This document shows, piece after piece, positions 1 through 7,570 of a stretch of DNA of 32,674 bases. A program made the translations under genes and the position numbers. Source of the stretch: Myxococcota bacterium (GTDB lineage: Bacteria > Myxococcota_A > Polyangia > Polyangiales > JBCCZL01); contig JBCCZL010000024.1 in NCBI GenBank assembly GCA_039187775.1, positions 1 through 32,674 on the forward strand, in the 5' to 3' direction. The notes beneath the pieces are model-generated. The model made no database searches and had not been told where the DNA came from. It was given only the letters and a program-made list of their open reading frames with translations. Position 1 is the first letter of the stretch; each line of letters begins with the position of its first letter.

Positions 1-342
1 CACCAACCAGCGCGCTGCGAGCTCACCCGGGTGGATATTCACGAACAAAGGAAAATCGTTGCAGCGGGCAAAGGTGACCTCGCGGATCATCCGACCGAGG
101 CGTCCCACGAACTGTTGCCGAACGGCCACCTCGAAGAGTACCGCCGGGTTTCGGAGCTGTTCTCGCTTGCAACGGACGAGCGCCTCGAAGGCCATGGCTT
201 TGCCGGTCGAGAGATCGACGATCGGCTGGAAGACCACATCGAGGTCTTGTTTCGAAACGGTGCTTAGCGCTTCGGGAGGGGCGCTCTTATGGGCCTGAAA
301 GGCCGCTCGGTCCGCCGCTGTCCAGTGATGCCGTCTCGCCAC
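1..342 (-). CDS. EAL-domain protein (c-di-GMP phosphodiesterase-like), 5' part only; gene runs off the left edge
   Basis: Minus-strand translation from a GTG at 342 (preceded by an in-frame TAA at 379-381) gives MARRHHWTAADRAAFQAHKSAPPEALSTVSKQDLDVVFQPIVDLSTGKAMAFEALVRCKREQLRNPAVLFEVAVRQQFVGRLGRMIREVTFARCNDFPLFVNIHPGELAARWLV. The FQPIVDL..G....FEALVR opening is the canonical EAL-domain start. It is absent from the ORF track because it is truncated. Confidence 0.6.
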   Translation of the reverse strand, partial: MARRHHWTAADRAAFQAHKSAPPEALSTVSKQDLDVVFQPIVDLSTGKAMAFEALVRCKREQLRNPAVLFEVAVRQQFVGRLGRMIREVTFARCNDFPLFVNIHPGELAARWLV

Positions 343-474
343 GGGATGGTTCCTGGCGCCAAGATCATGACGCCGACCTTAGTATGAGGGATCTTTCGCT
401 TTAGTGAAGATGTGAAGGTGCCGTATTAATGTAATGTGGTGCATGCATCGACCGATGTGGTGGGGCTTCGATCG

Positions 475-1380
475 CTATGCCTGCGACACCTGGTTGCGAC
501 CGTTGCTCTTTGAACGGTAGAGCGCTTTGTCCGCAGCCTGAAACAGATCTTGGGTGCTTTCGATCGACGGTGCGGGGGCGCCTGCGACTCCCACGCTGAC
601 CGTCACCAGCAGAGGACGCCCGTCGTACTCGAAGGCGTACTCCGCGATCGAGGTCCGTAGGCGCTCGGCCACGATGAACGTCTGGGCCTTGGTAATGCCG
701 CGACAAAGGATCGCGAACTCCTCGCCTCCGACTCGGGCAAAGCAGTCTTCCTGCCGGACCACTCCGGACACCAGCTTGGCGACCGTGGCGAGGACGTAGT
801 CGCCGGCCGCGTGACCAAAGGTGTCGTTGGTTTGCTTAAAGTGGTCCAGATCAAAAAGGATCAGAGTGAGGGGTGAATCGTGACGCTCGGCGTAGGCCCA
901 CTCCTGATCGAGGCGATCGCGAAACGCTTTTTTGTTGTACGCACGGGTCAGTGCATCGCGGGCGGCCGCCTCGTAGAGGTTGCGTTGGAACTGCTCATCG
1001 AGTCGATCCTGGAGGGAGAACTTGAGTACGAACGTGGCTCCCACCTGAATCTTGTCGCCGTCGCGAAGGGGAACCGGCTTTTTGATGCGACGCCCATTGA
1101 CGAAAGTTCCGTTTTTAGAGTCCAGGTCTTCGACGTAGGTCACGTCGCCGTGGGTGTAGAGCCGGGCGTGCCGTCGAGATGCCCCTTCGTCATGGATGCT
1201 CAAATCGACGCGTTGGGATCGGCCGACCGTCAGCGCTTGATCCACGGGGTGCATCTCTCCGACCGAGGCACCGGCGATCACAATGACGAATGCCCGGGTC
1301 CGATCGGTGGTGTCGGTGAGCCGTTTTGCGCTGACGATCGCGGTAACTTCTTCCTGATCATCGGGGAATTCGCTCTCCAC
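475..1380 (-). CDS. FHA-domain diguanylate cyclase (FHA + GGDEF)
   Basis: 301-aa ORF with a GTG start. The FHA core is GRSQRVDLSIHDEGASRRHARLYTHGDVTYVEDLDSKNGTFVNGRRI. The GGDEF domain is RAYNKKAFRDRLDQEW...LILFDLDHFKQTND..GHAAGDYVL...RVGGEEFAIL, with a GGEEF active site and an RQED (RxxD) I-site five residues upstream. Confidence 0.85.
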   Translation of the reverse strand: MESEFPDDQEEVTAIVSAKRLTDTTDRTRAFVIVIAGASVGEMHPVDQALTVGRSQRVDLSIHDEGASRRHARLYTHGDVTYVEDLDSKNGTFVNGRRIKKPVPLRDGDKIQVGATFVLKFSLQDRLDEQFQRNLYEAAARDALTRAYNKKAFRDRLDQEWAYAERHDSPLTLILFDLDHFKQTNDTFGHAAGDYVLATVAKLVSGVVRQEDCFARVGGEEFAILCRGITKAQTFIVAERLRTSIAEYAFEYDGRPLLVTVSVGVAGAPAPSIESTQDLFQAADKALYRSKSNGRNQVSQA

Positions 1381-1495
1381 GGACCCCTACGGTACCCCAT
1401 GGCGCTCGCTCGGGGAAAGTTGAGGAACGATTCACGAAGGCAACGACGGATCGGTTGTAGGCACGCTAACAACACGGCATCCTTGAGCGAATCCT

Positions 1496-1849
1496 ATGTC
1501 CACCTTTCAGGAAGCACGAGAGCAGATCACCGAAGCGGAGAAGGACTTTCGAAAGACCGGCAAGAGCGTAGGTGCGGAAGTCGATCTAAAGGCGCTTTAT
1601 ACCCGGCAGGGCTGGGGCATGAATGCGGCGCCGCTCACGAAGGCGGCGCTCAAGGAGCTCGAGCTCGTGGATATGACCGCGGACTCGCGATGGATGCCAT
1701 ATTTTACAAAGAGCAAAGCGCACCTTGGTTTGTATCGTTCCAACGTGGGCTGCTACTGGCTCCTTCGTTACGAAGCGGGGTTTAAGCAGCACCTTCTCGA
1801 GCAGATCGGTACCGCATTGGCGGCGAGCAAGCGGTTCGCGAAGGACTGA
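1496..1849 (+). CDS. hypothetical protein (117 aa)
   Basis: Clean ATG ORF with GC-rich third codon positions, in the divergent intergenic region relative to the GGDEF gene. No motif recognised. Confidence 0.45.
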   Translation: MSTFQEAREQITEAEKDFRKTGKSVGAEVDLKALYTRQGWGMNAAPLTKAALKELELVDMTADSRWMPYFTKSKAHLGLYRSNVGCYWLLRYEAGFKQHLLEQIGTALAASKRFAKD

Positions 1850-1957
1850 CCCGGCCTTTGGCGCCTGCTCTTGGGGACCCCGAGTGTTCGGCTCGGTTAT
1901 CTGGGAAACGGCGCGAGGTCCGGGGGCAGGTAGCTTCGTCGTGTACTTTTAGCGTCG

Positions 1958-2338
1958 ATGACCGAATCTGACTATTGCACCGGCGGGTGTCACTGCGGCC
2001 GCGTCCGCTACCGAGTCCGGTTCCAAGGACGCGTACTGCTCGATTGCAACTGCTCCATCTGCCAGAAGAAAGGCATCCTGCACGGGTTCGTCGACCCCGA
2101 CAGCTTCGAGCTGATCTCCGGTCGAGAGGCACTGACGACGTACACGTTCAATACGCACGTCGCGAAGCACCGCTTCTGCTCCACCTGTGGAGTACAGTGT
2201 TTCTATCGTCCCCGTTCCCACCCCGACCAGATCGACGTCAATGCTCGAACGTTGGATGGGTTCGATTCTGAGGAGTGGGACATCCGGCCGTTCGACGGTC
2301 AAAACTGGGAAGCCAACGTCGAGTCGATTCGCAAGTAG
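1958..2338 (+). CDS. GFA-family (glutathione-dependent formaldehyde-activating enzyme-like / CENP-V-like) zinc-binding protein
   Basis: 126 aa with the characteristic cysteine pattern CHCGRVRY ... CNCSICQKKG ... CSTCG of the GFA (PF04828) fold. Confidence 0.8.
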   Translation: MTESDYCTGGCHCGRVRYRVRFQGRVLLDCNCSICQKKGILHGFVDPDSFELISGREALTTYTFNTHVAKHRFCSTCGVQCFYRPRSHPDQIDVNARTLDGFDSEEWDIRPFDGQNWEANVESIRK

Positions 2339-2475
2339 TCGCGATCCATAACCCACCGACCGTTCCGCGGAGCGATGCAGTTCTGTTCACTTTGGATTTG
2401 AGCATCGACGCGGTTTTTTCTGACGATGTTCGTGCGGCTCTGGTCGGAGCTGAATTTTGGCTCCACAATACCTGG

Positions 2476-2757
2476 GTGCAAGCGGAGTACTACGCGCTGG
2501 ATCACGAGCCACAAACGCAACGCTGTCCCCGCTGTGAAACTCAGGTCTCCGTAAGTCGGCCCTGGCCGCACTGGAAAAAGGCGCGGAATGCATGGATGGG
2601 ATTCATCGTCCTTTTGCTGGTGATCTTTCCGTTCATGTCGGCGGACTACTGCTTCATGATTCCGACCTTCATGGTCATCGTTTCGGCGGTTGGCCCGCTT
2701 CACGGGTTGGCGCAGCAGCGGCCGAGCTGCCGCCGTTGCCGGCTCGAACTCGAGTAG
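2476..2757 (+). CDS. possible small membrane protein with zinc-ribbon cysteines (CPRC...CRRC); start uncertain
   Basis: It is the tail of ORF 2275..2757, whose 5' part overlaps the GFA gene. It encodes CPRCETQ ... a hydrophobic stretch GFIVLLLVIFPF..MIPTFMVIVSAVG ... SCRRCRL. The region has lower GC (about 55%) and weaker GC3 bias than its neighbours, so it may be non-coding. Candidate starts are GTG 2476 and ATG 2596. Confidence 0.2.
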   Translation: MQAEYYALDHEPQTQRCPRCETQVSVSRPWPHWKKARNAWMGFIVLLLVIFPFMSADYCFMIPTFMVIVSAVGPLHGLAQQRPSCRRCRLELE

Positions 2758-2834
2758 GCCCGTCTTTTCCACTGGTGGGCGAGCGGGCGCCCCAGCACCT
2801 TAGGGTGCGGGATATCCTGGCGTGGCCACATCCC

Positions 2835-5342
2835 CTAGGGAACGACACTGGAGCAGGTCGCGTTGCATCGGTCGCCGCTCGTCGTGTTCCCGTCGTCGCA
2901 GACCTCGCCGCCGTCGAGGATGCCGTCGCCGCAGATCGGGACGGTGCAATCGAGGCGGCAAGCGGAGGGCGTATTGAATGCGCGAATCGTCAACGGCTGG
3001 GTGAGGTTTAGGCCGCTGAAGATGCTGCCTTCGTTCACCCAGCGCCAGTTCGAGATCCCCATCATGAACGATGGCGTGAGGGTGATCGTCCAGTTGCCGG
3101 GCAGGCTCAACCCTTGGGCGATGCCTCCATCGGTATTGGCGCGGAAGAACCAGCTGCCCGTAAACGTGCCGGCGCCGGTCTGTCGGAACTCTCCCGCATC
3201 GTCCGACAGAGACGCGATCGTCCCCGCGGGTACTCCCGTGAGCGTCATGTCGACCGAGGCGGTCGACTGGAAGATGCCCGAGGTGTCGAAGTCGATGCCG
3301 TGGACGAGGAAGAGACTGAGTGTCCCGGTGTTGAGGTCACGGTAAATAAAGATGTTGCTGAGCCCCGCCTGCTCAAACCCAGTGTGCGCGCTCGCCGACA
3401 CGAGGGCGTAGAACACCGTCGACGAGGTAAACCGCTGGAGCGGGTCGACCGCGGCGATCACTGTACCCCCCTGGCTGATTTCGATCGCCGGACGGTCGGT
3501 GTTCATCGCTCCGAGATCGCACTGCTCGCCCATTTCGACGATGCCATTGCCGCAGAAGTCGAGCTCGATGTCGCAGCTCGGAGTGCACCCGTCGCCGGGA
3601 AGCAGGTTGCCATCGTCGCAGGCTTCCATGCACTCGACGACCCCGTTGCCGCAAGCCTCGACCACGCAGGTGGCCGAACATCCATCGCAGGCGGTGGTGT
3701 TGCCGTCGTCGCAGGTCTCGCTGCACTCGACGACACTGTTGCCGCAGCCCTCGGTGGCGCAGGTCGCCGAACATCCATCGCAGTCGATGTTGTTCCCGTC
3801 ATCGCAGGTCTCGCCCGCGTCGATTCGCCCATCGCCGCAGCGCGGCGGAGGCGGTTCGTTGGTGCACGTCGGAGAGCAACCGTCGCCCGGGAGCAGATTT
3901 CCGTCGTCGCACTCCTCCATGCATTCGACGCGCGCATTTCCGCAGACCTCGCGGTCACACATCGGCGAACAGCCATCGCAGGCCACTGTATTGCCGTCGT
4001 CGCACACTTCGCCGGGGTCGACATTTCCGTCGCCGCAGCGGGGCGGAGGAGGCTCGATATTGCACATCGGGTCGCAGCCGTCGAGGGGTCGGTTGTTCCC
4101 GTCGTCGCACTGCTCCGAGCACTCCACGACCCGATTGCCGCATCGTTCGACCTGGCAGGCCACATCGCAGCCGTCGCACGCGGTGAGGTTTCCATCATCG
4201 CACTGCTCCCCCGGATCGATCCGGCCGTCGCCGCAGCGGGGGGCTTCGAGGATGCACATCGGATTGCAGCCGTCGCCTCCAACGTTGTTTCCGTCGTCGC
4301 ACTCCTCAAAGCATTCGAGGGTGCCGTTGCCGCAGGACTCGGTCGTGCAGATCGGCGAGCAGCCATCGCACGGGAAGTTGTTCCCATCGTCGCACTGCTC
4401 GGGCATCTCCAGCCGGCCGTTGCCGCAGCCAGCGAGCTCGATGGTGCACGTGCTCGAGCAACCGTCGTTGTCGATGAGGTTGCCGTCGTCGCACTGCTCG
4501 ATGCAATCGATTAGGCCATTGCCGCAGGACTCCGACGTGCAGAATGGCGAGCAGCCATCGCAGGGGAGATTGTTGCCGTCGTCACACATCTCGCCGGGCT
4601 CGACTCGCCCGTCGCCGCAGCGCCCCGCCTCGATCTCACACAGCGACGAGCACCCGTCGCCGTTGAGAAGGTTGCCGTCGTCGCATTCTTCTTCGCAGTC
4701 GATGATCCGATTGCCACAGGATTCGAGCGTGCACGCCGGCGAACATCCGTCGCAGGGTCGGTTCCCGCCGTCATCGCATTGCTCCCCGGGGTCGAGGACG
4801 CCATTGCCGCAGCCCGGGGCTTCGACTGTGCACGTGTCGCTGCACCCGTCGCCGCTCAGGAGGTTGCCGTCGTCGCAGCCCTCGAGGCAGTCGAGGACCC
4901 GGTTGCCGCATTCCTCGTTGATGCAGTCGCTCGAGCATCCGTCGCACGCTTCCAGGTTGCCGTCGTCGCACTGTTCGCCGGGATCGATACGGAAGTCCCC
5001 GCAGGCCGCGATTTCGAACTGGCAGGCCGACGAGCATCCATCGCCGTTGACCCGGTTGCCGTCGTCGCAGGCTTCCCCGGCGTCGAGGATCCCGTCGCCG
5101 CAGTTTTCGAGCTCCAGCCGGCATGCCATGTCGCAGCCGTCGCCGTTGTTCGTGTTCCCGTCGTCGCACTCTTCGCCTGCCTCGACGATGCCGTTGGGGC
5201 ACCCGACGGCGCTGTCGGTCCCCGAGTCGCGAACCGTGGCGTCGCGGGCAGTGCTATTGAGCGTCGACCGGCCGCACGCGGGCAGGAGGCCGAGGGCGAG
5301 AAACGCGACGGCCAGGGGGCCGACGAGGCGTCGAGAGAACAT
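2835..5342 (-). CDS. secreted lipoprotein with about 21 Myxococcus cysteine-rich repeats (Myxo_disulf_rpt / TIGR02232-type)
   Basis: 835 aa. The signal peptide plus lipobox is MFSRRLVGPLAVAFLALGLLPAC. About 21 units of roughly 36-40 aa of the form CGNGxxExGEECDDGNxxxGDGCSxxCxxE follow. The C-terminal region of about 230 aa is non-repeat and ends with one more repeat. Confidence 0.9.
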   Translation of the reverse strand: MFSRRLVGPLAVAFLALGLLPACGRSTLNSTARDATVRDSGTDSAVGCPNGIVEAGEECDDGNTNNGDGCDMACRLELENCGDGILDAGEACDDGNRVNGDGCSSACQFEIAACGDFRIDPGEQCDDGNLEACDGCSSDCINEECGNRVLDCLEGCDDGNLLSGDGCSDTCTVEAPGCGNGVLDPGEQCDDGGNRPCDGCSPACTLESCGNRIIDCEEECDDGNLLNGDGCSSLCEIEAGRCGDGRVEPGEMCDDGNNLPCDGCSPFCTSESCGNGLIDCIEQCDDGNLIDNDGCSSTCTIELAGCGNGRLEMPEQCDDGNNFPCDGCSPICTTESCGNGTLECFEECDDGNNVGGDGCNPMCILEAPRCGDGRIDPGEQCDDGNLTACDGCDVACQVERCGNRVVECSEQCDDGNNRPLDGCDPMCNIEPPPPRCGDGNVDPGEVCDDGNTVACDGCSPMCDREVCGNARVECMEECDDGNLLPGDGCSPTCTNEPPPPRCGDGRIDAGETCDDGNNIDCDGCSATCATEGCGNSVVECSETCDDGNTTACDGCSATCVVEACGNGVVECMEACDDGNLLPGDGCTPSCDIELDFCGNGIVEMGEQCDLGAMNTDRPAIEISQGGTVIAAVDPLQRFTSSTVFYALVSASAHTGFEQAGLSNIFIYRDLNTGTLSLFLVHGIDFDTSGIFQSTASVDMTLTGVPAGTIASLSDDAGEFRQTGAGTFTGSWFFRANTDGGIAQGLSLPGNWTITLTPSFMMGISNWRWVNEGSIFSGLNLTQPLTIRAFNTPSACRLDCTVPICGDGILDGGEVCDDGNTTSGDRCNATCSSVVP
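3520..5210. repeat. tandem DNA repeats of about 110-120 bp encoding the Cys-rich repeat array
   Basis: The periodic protein repeats are mirrored in the DNA (recurring gtcgtcgca / gccgttgccgca strings). They give rise to long spurious ORFs on the opposite strand (3114..4514, 3499..5394). Confidence 0.8.
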
Positions 5343-5396
5343 GTCCGGAAGGATAGGTCACCCGAGCGGCCAATTCACCTCCGGGAGCGACTGAAT

Positions 5397-5849
5397 TCAT
5401 CCGTAGTCTCGAAGCATTTTTCGGAGCTCGAGGGTGTGCAGCTCTTCCTGACCGATCATCCCGCGGGCGTACTCTTCGAGGTACACGCTGGAGTCCTCGA
5501 CGATGCCGAGGAGCTTCTTGTAGAGGCCGAGGGCCTTTCGCTCGTGTTCGAGGCTTTCACGGAGGATGTCCTGAAGTCCGTGCCGATGAGTTTCCTCGAT
5601 CCGAGCGATGCCCAGCGAAGGATGACCAGAGAGGCCGGTCAAAATCTCGCCGGCCTGCTGGGCATGCAAGAGGGACTCGTTGGCTTGGCCCTTGAGGAAC
5701 GCCACGATCGGGATGCGGTGGGGGCCCGTGACCATCAACGAGTAGTGCGTGTAGCGGACCACTCCGGCGAGCTCGCATTCGAGAATCTCGTTGAGCGCAC
5801 CGAAGGTTTGATTCATGTCCAGATCGTCCATCACTAGATCACGTGACAC
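5397..5849 (-). CDS. bacterioferritin-like / ferritin-like di-iron protein
   Basis: 150 aa. LNEILECELAGVVRYTHYSLM aligns to Bfr LNKLLGNELVAINQYFLH (Glu18, Tyr25). ESLLHAQQAGEIL corresponds to E51/H54, LRESLEHERKALGLY to E94 and EEYARGMIGQEELHTLEL to E127/H130. The heme-ligand Met52 position is Leu, so it may be a heme-free ferritin-like protein. Confidence 0.8.
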   Translation of the reverse strand: MSRDLVMDDLDMNQTFGALNEILECELAGVVRYTHYSLMVTGPHRIPIVAFLKGQANESLLHAQQAGEILTGLSGHPSLGIARIEETHRHGLQDILRESLEHERKALGLYKKLLGIVEDSSVYLEEYARGMIGQEELHTLELRKMLRDYG

Positions 5850-5878
5850 GGACCGCTTCAGAAGTAAAGATCCCTCGA

Positions 5879-7570
5879 ATGGGAATCGCCTCGGAGCGAC
5901 GCCCGCGAGGCATCGCGCTTCTTATCGCGATCATCCTCGGGGCTGGCTGCGACCCGCCGCGCGAACCGCGGTTTCCGAAGCGCGTCCCACAGGTTCCGAT
6001 CGCCGCGGACGAGTTTGTAGGGGTAGAGGGCACTTCGTTTGTGCTCCGTGGGCGACCGTTTCGTTTTGTGGGTGCGAACGCGGCGATGATGCACGGCGAG
6101 CGGACCCGCGCGGGCATGCCAGGCCTCTTCGATGTGCTGCAAGAGGACGGTGTGTCGGTGGTGCGGGTGTGGGCGGTCGGGGAGAGCCCCAACGACGGAG
6201 AGGCTTGGCGGCGTGACTATTCGTTTCGGCTCGACCCGGAAGTCTGGGTGGAGGAGAGCTACGTCTATCTCGACCGGCTGCTCGTCGAGGCGAGGGCGCG
6301 AAACATGCGAGTCATTGTCACGCTCGTAAATCGGTGGGGGGACTACGGTGGTCTCCCCCAGTACGCGCGCTGGATCGGGGTCGAGCCTCGTCGCCGGCAT
6401 CTTCTCCCTCCGGAGCTCACCCACGTGCTTCAGAGCGAAGAGGCGCGGGCGATGTATCAGAGCCATGTCGACCGGATCGTCTCGCGCCGAAACACCGTCT
6501 CGGGAATCGTGTACCGCGACGACCCCACGATCTTCGCTTGGGAACTTGCGAATGAACTCTCCGCGTCCACCTGCAGCGGCGGCGCGGTGCTCGAAGATTG
6601 GGCGCGCGTCATGGTTCAGTTCATTCGGGAGCGCGATCCCAACCACCTCATTGCGGCGGGCCACATCGGATATAAGACCGCGCTCTCGCGTGAAAGCTGG
6701 CGCGCTACCGTGGGAATCGCCGAGGTTTCCTACGCGAGCACCCATCTCTACCCGCAGCATCTCTTAGGAATCGACAGCGAGGGAGTGCTCGGCGCATGGC
6801 TCGCGGATCGGGCGCGCATCGCGCAGCAGCTCCAAAAGCCACTCGTCCTTGGCGAGTTCGGCATTCCGCGGGAAGCGGGGGTGGAGGAACGCCTCGAGTT
6901 CTTTGGACACGTTTCGCGACAGGCCGAGGCCAACGGTTACGCGGGCATCATGCCGTGGATCTATCGGAGCTGGGATGGCCGAGAGGACCCGCATGGAATC
7001 TGGGCCGAGGGCCCGCTCGCCGACGACACCAGGGCGATTCGTTCGGTGCTGCGGGAGACCGCGGAGCGCTGGGTGCATCGTGCGCCGGTGACAACGAATC
7101 CCGAGCTTCTTGCGGCGACGGGCAACGATCCGCTCTATCCACTCGACCTCCGGCGGGCGCGGCCATGGCCCGAGGGGACCCGAGAAGTGCTGTCGCGGGG
7201 AGTGCGGCTGAATGTCGACCCTGCGGCCTTCGCCGAAGGCTGTGCGGTCGGTGAGGCGGCATGGGTCGTGTATGTCATTGATGTTCTCGAAGAGGGCGTT
7301 CCCGAGGCAATGTCGGTCGAAGCGATCGGGCCAGTGGACACGGGCGCGTCGCCCGAGCTCGACTTTCTTGTCGGCGGGGTAAGGATCGGGATCTGGGCCC
7401 GCGGGCGCTTTCGGCCGGAACGCCGCGCCCTCGTCGATGCGTTTGCGACCCGAGAGGGGTTTCGCTATCTCCGAATCGAGGCGCGGAATGAGGACGGTCG
7501 CGCCCACCTTCGCCGCATCCTCATTGGGCTTCCGAGCGAGGAGCTGCTTGAACTTCGGATCCGCTGGTAG
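5879..7570 (+). CDS. secreted glycoside hydrolase family 5 (beta-mannanase-like) lipoprotein
   Basis: Start taken at ATG 5879 (MGIASERRPRGIALLIAIILGAGC, a lipoprotein signal), which avoids overlap with the Bfr gene. GH5 signatures are FRFVGANAAMM (FxGxNxxW-type), the catalytic acid in FAWELANELS and the nucleophile in VLGEFGIP. There is a C-terminal extension of about 150 aa. Confidence 0.8.
   Translation: MGIASERRPRGIALLIAIILGAGCDPPREPRFPKRVPQVPIAADEFVGVEGTSFVLRGRPFRFVGANAAMMHGERTRAGMPGLFDVLQEDGVSVVRVWAVGESPNDGEAWRRDYSFRLDPEVWVEESYVYLDRLLVEARARNMRVIVTLVNRWGDYGGLPQYARWIGVEPRRRHLLPPELTHVLQSEEARAMYQSHVDRIVSRRNTVSGIVYRDDPTIFAWELANELSASTCSGGAVLEDWARVMVQFIRERDPNHLIAAGHIGYKTALSRESWRATVGIAEVSYASTHLYPQHLLGIDSEGVLGAWLADRARIAQQLQKPLVLGEFGIPREAGVEERLEFFGHVSRQAEANGYAGIMPWIYRSWDGREDPHGIWAEGPLADDTRAIRSVLRETAERWVHRAPVTTNPELLAATGNDPLYPLDLRRARPWPEGTREVLSRGVRLNVDPAAFAEGCAVGEAAWVVYVIDVLEEGVPEAMSVEAIGPVDTGASPELDFLVGGVRIGIWARGRFRPERRALVDAFATREGFRYLRIEARNEDGRAHLRRILIGLPSEELLELRIRW

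Noticed and set aside
880-1785. 301-aa + strand ORF opposite the FHA-GGDEF gene
   Set aside because: Antisense to a gene with intact FHA and GGDEF motifs. No recognisable features.
3114-5394. Long + strand ORFs (466 aa and 631 aa; also 3503..4387 and 4771..5202 on the minus strand) inside the Cys-repeat gene
   Set aside because: They are antisense or alternative-frame readings of a highly periodic GC-rich repeat. Their composition is low-complexity Ser/Pro/Ala/Arg and the minus-strand frame has an unmistakable domain repeat, so they are artefacts.
5858-7507. Minus-strand ORFs (300 aa and 247 aa) opposite the GH5 gene
   Set aside because: Antisense shadow frames. The GH5 frame has signal peptide and catalytic motifs.
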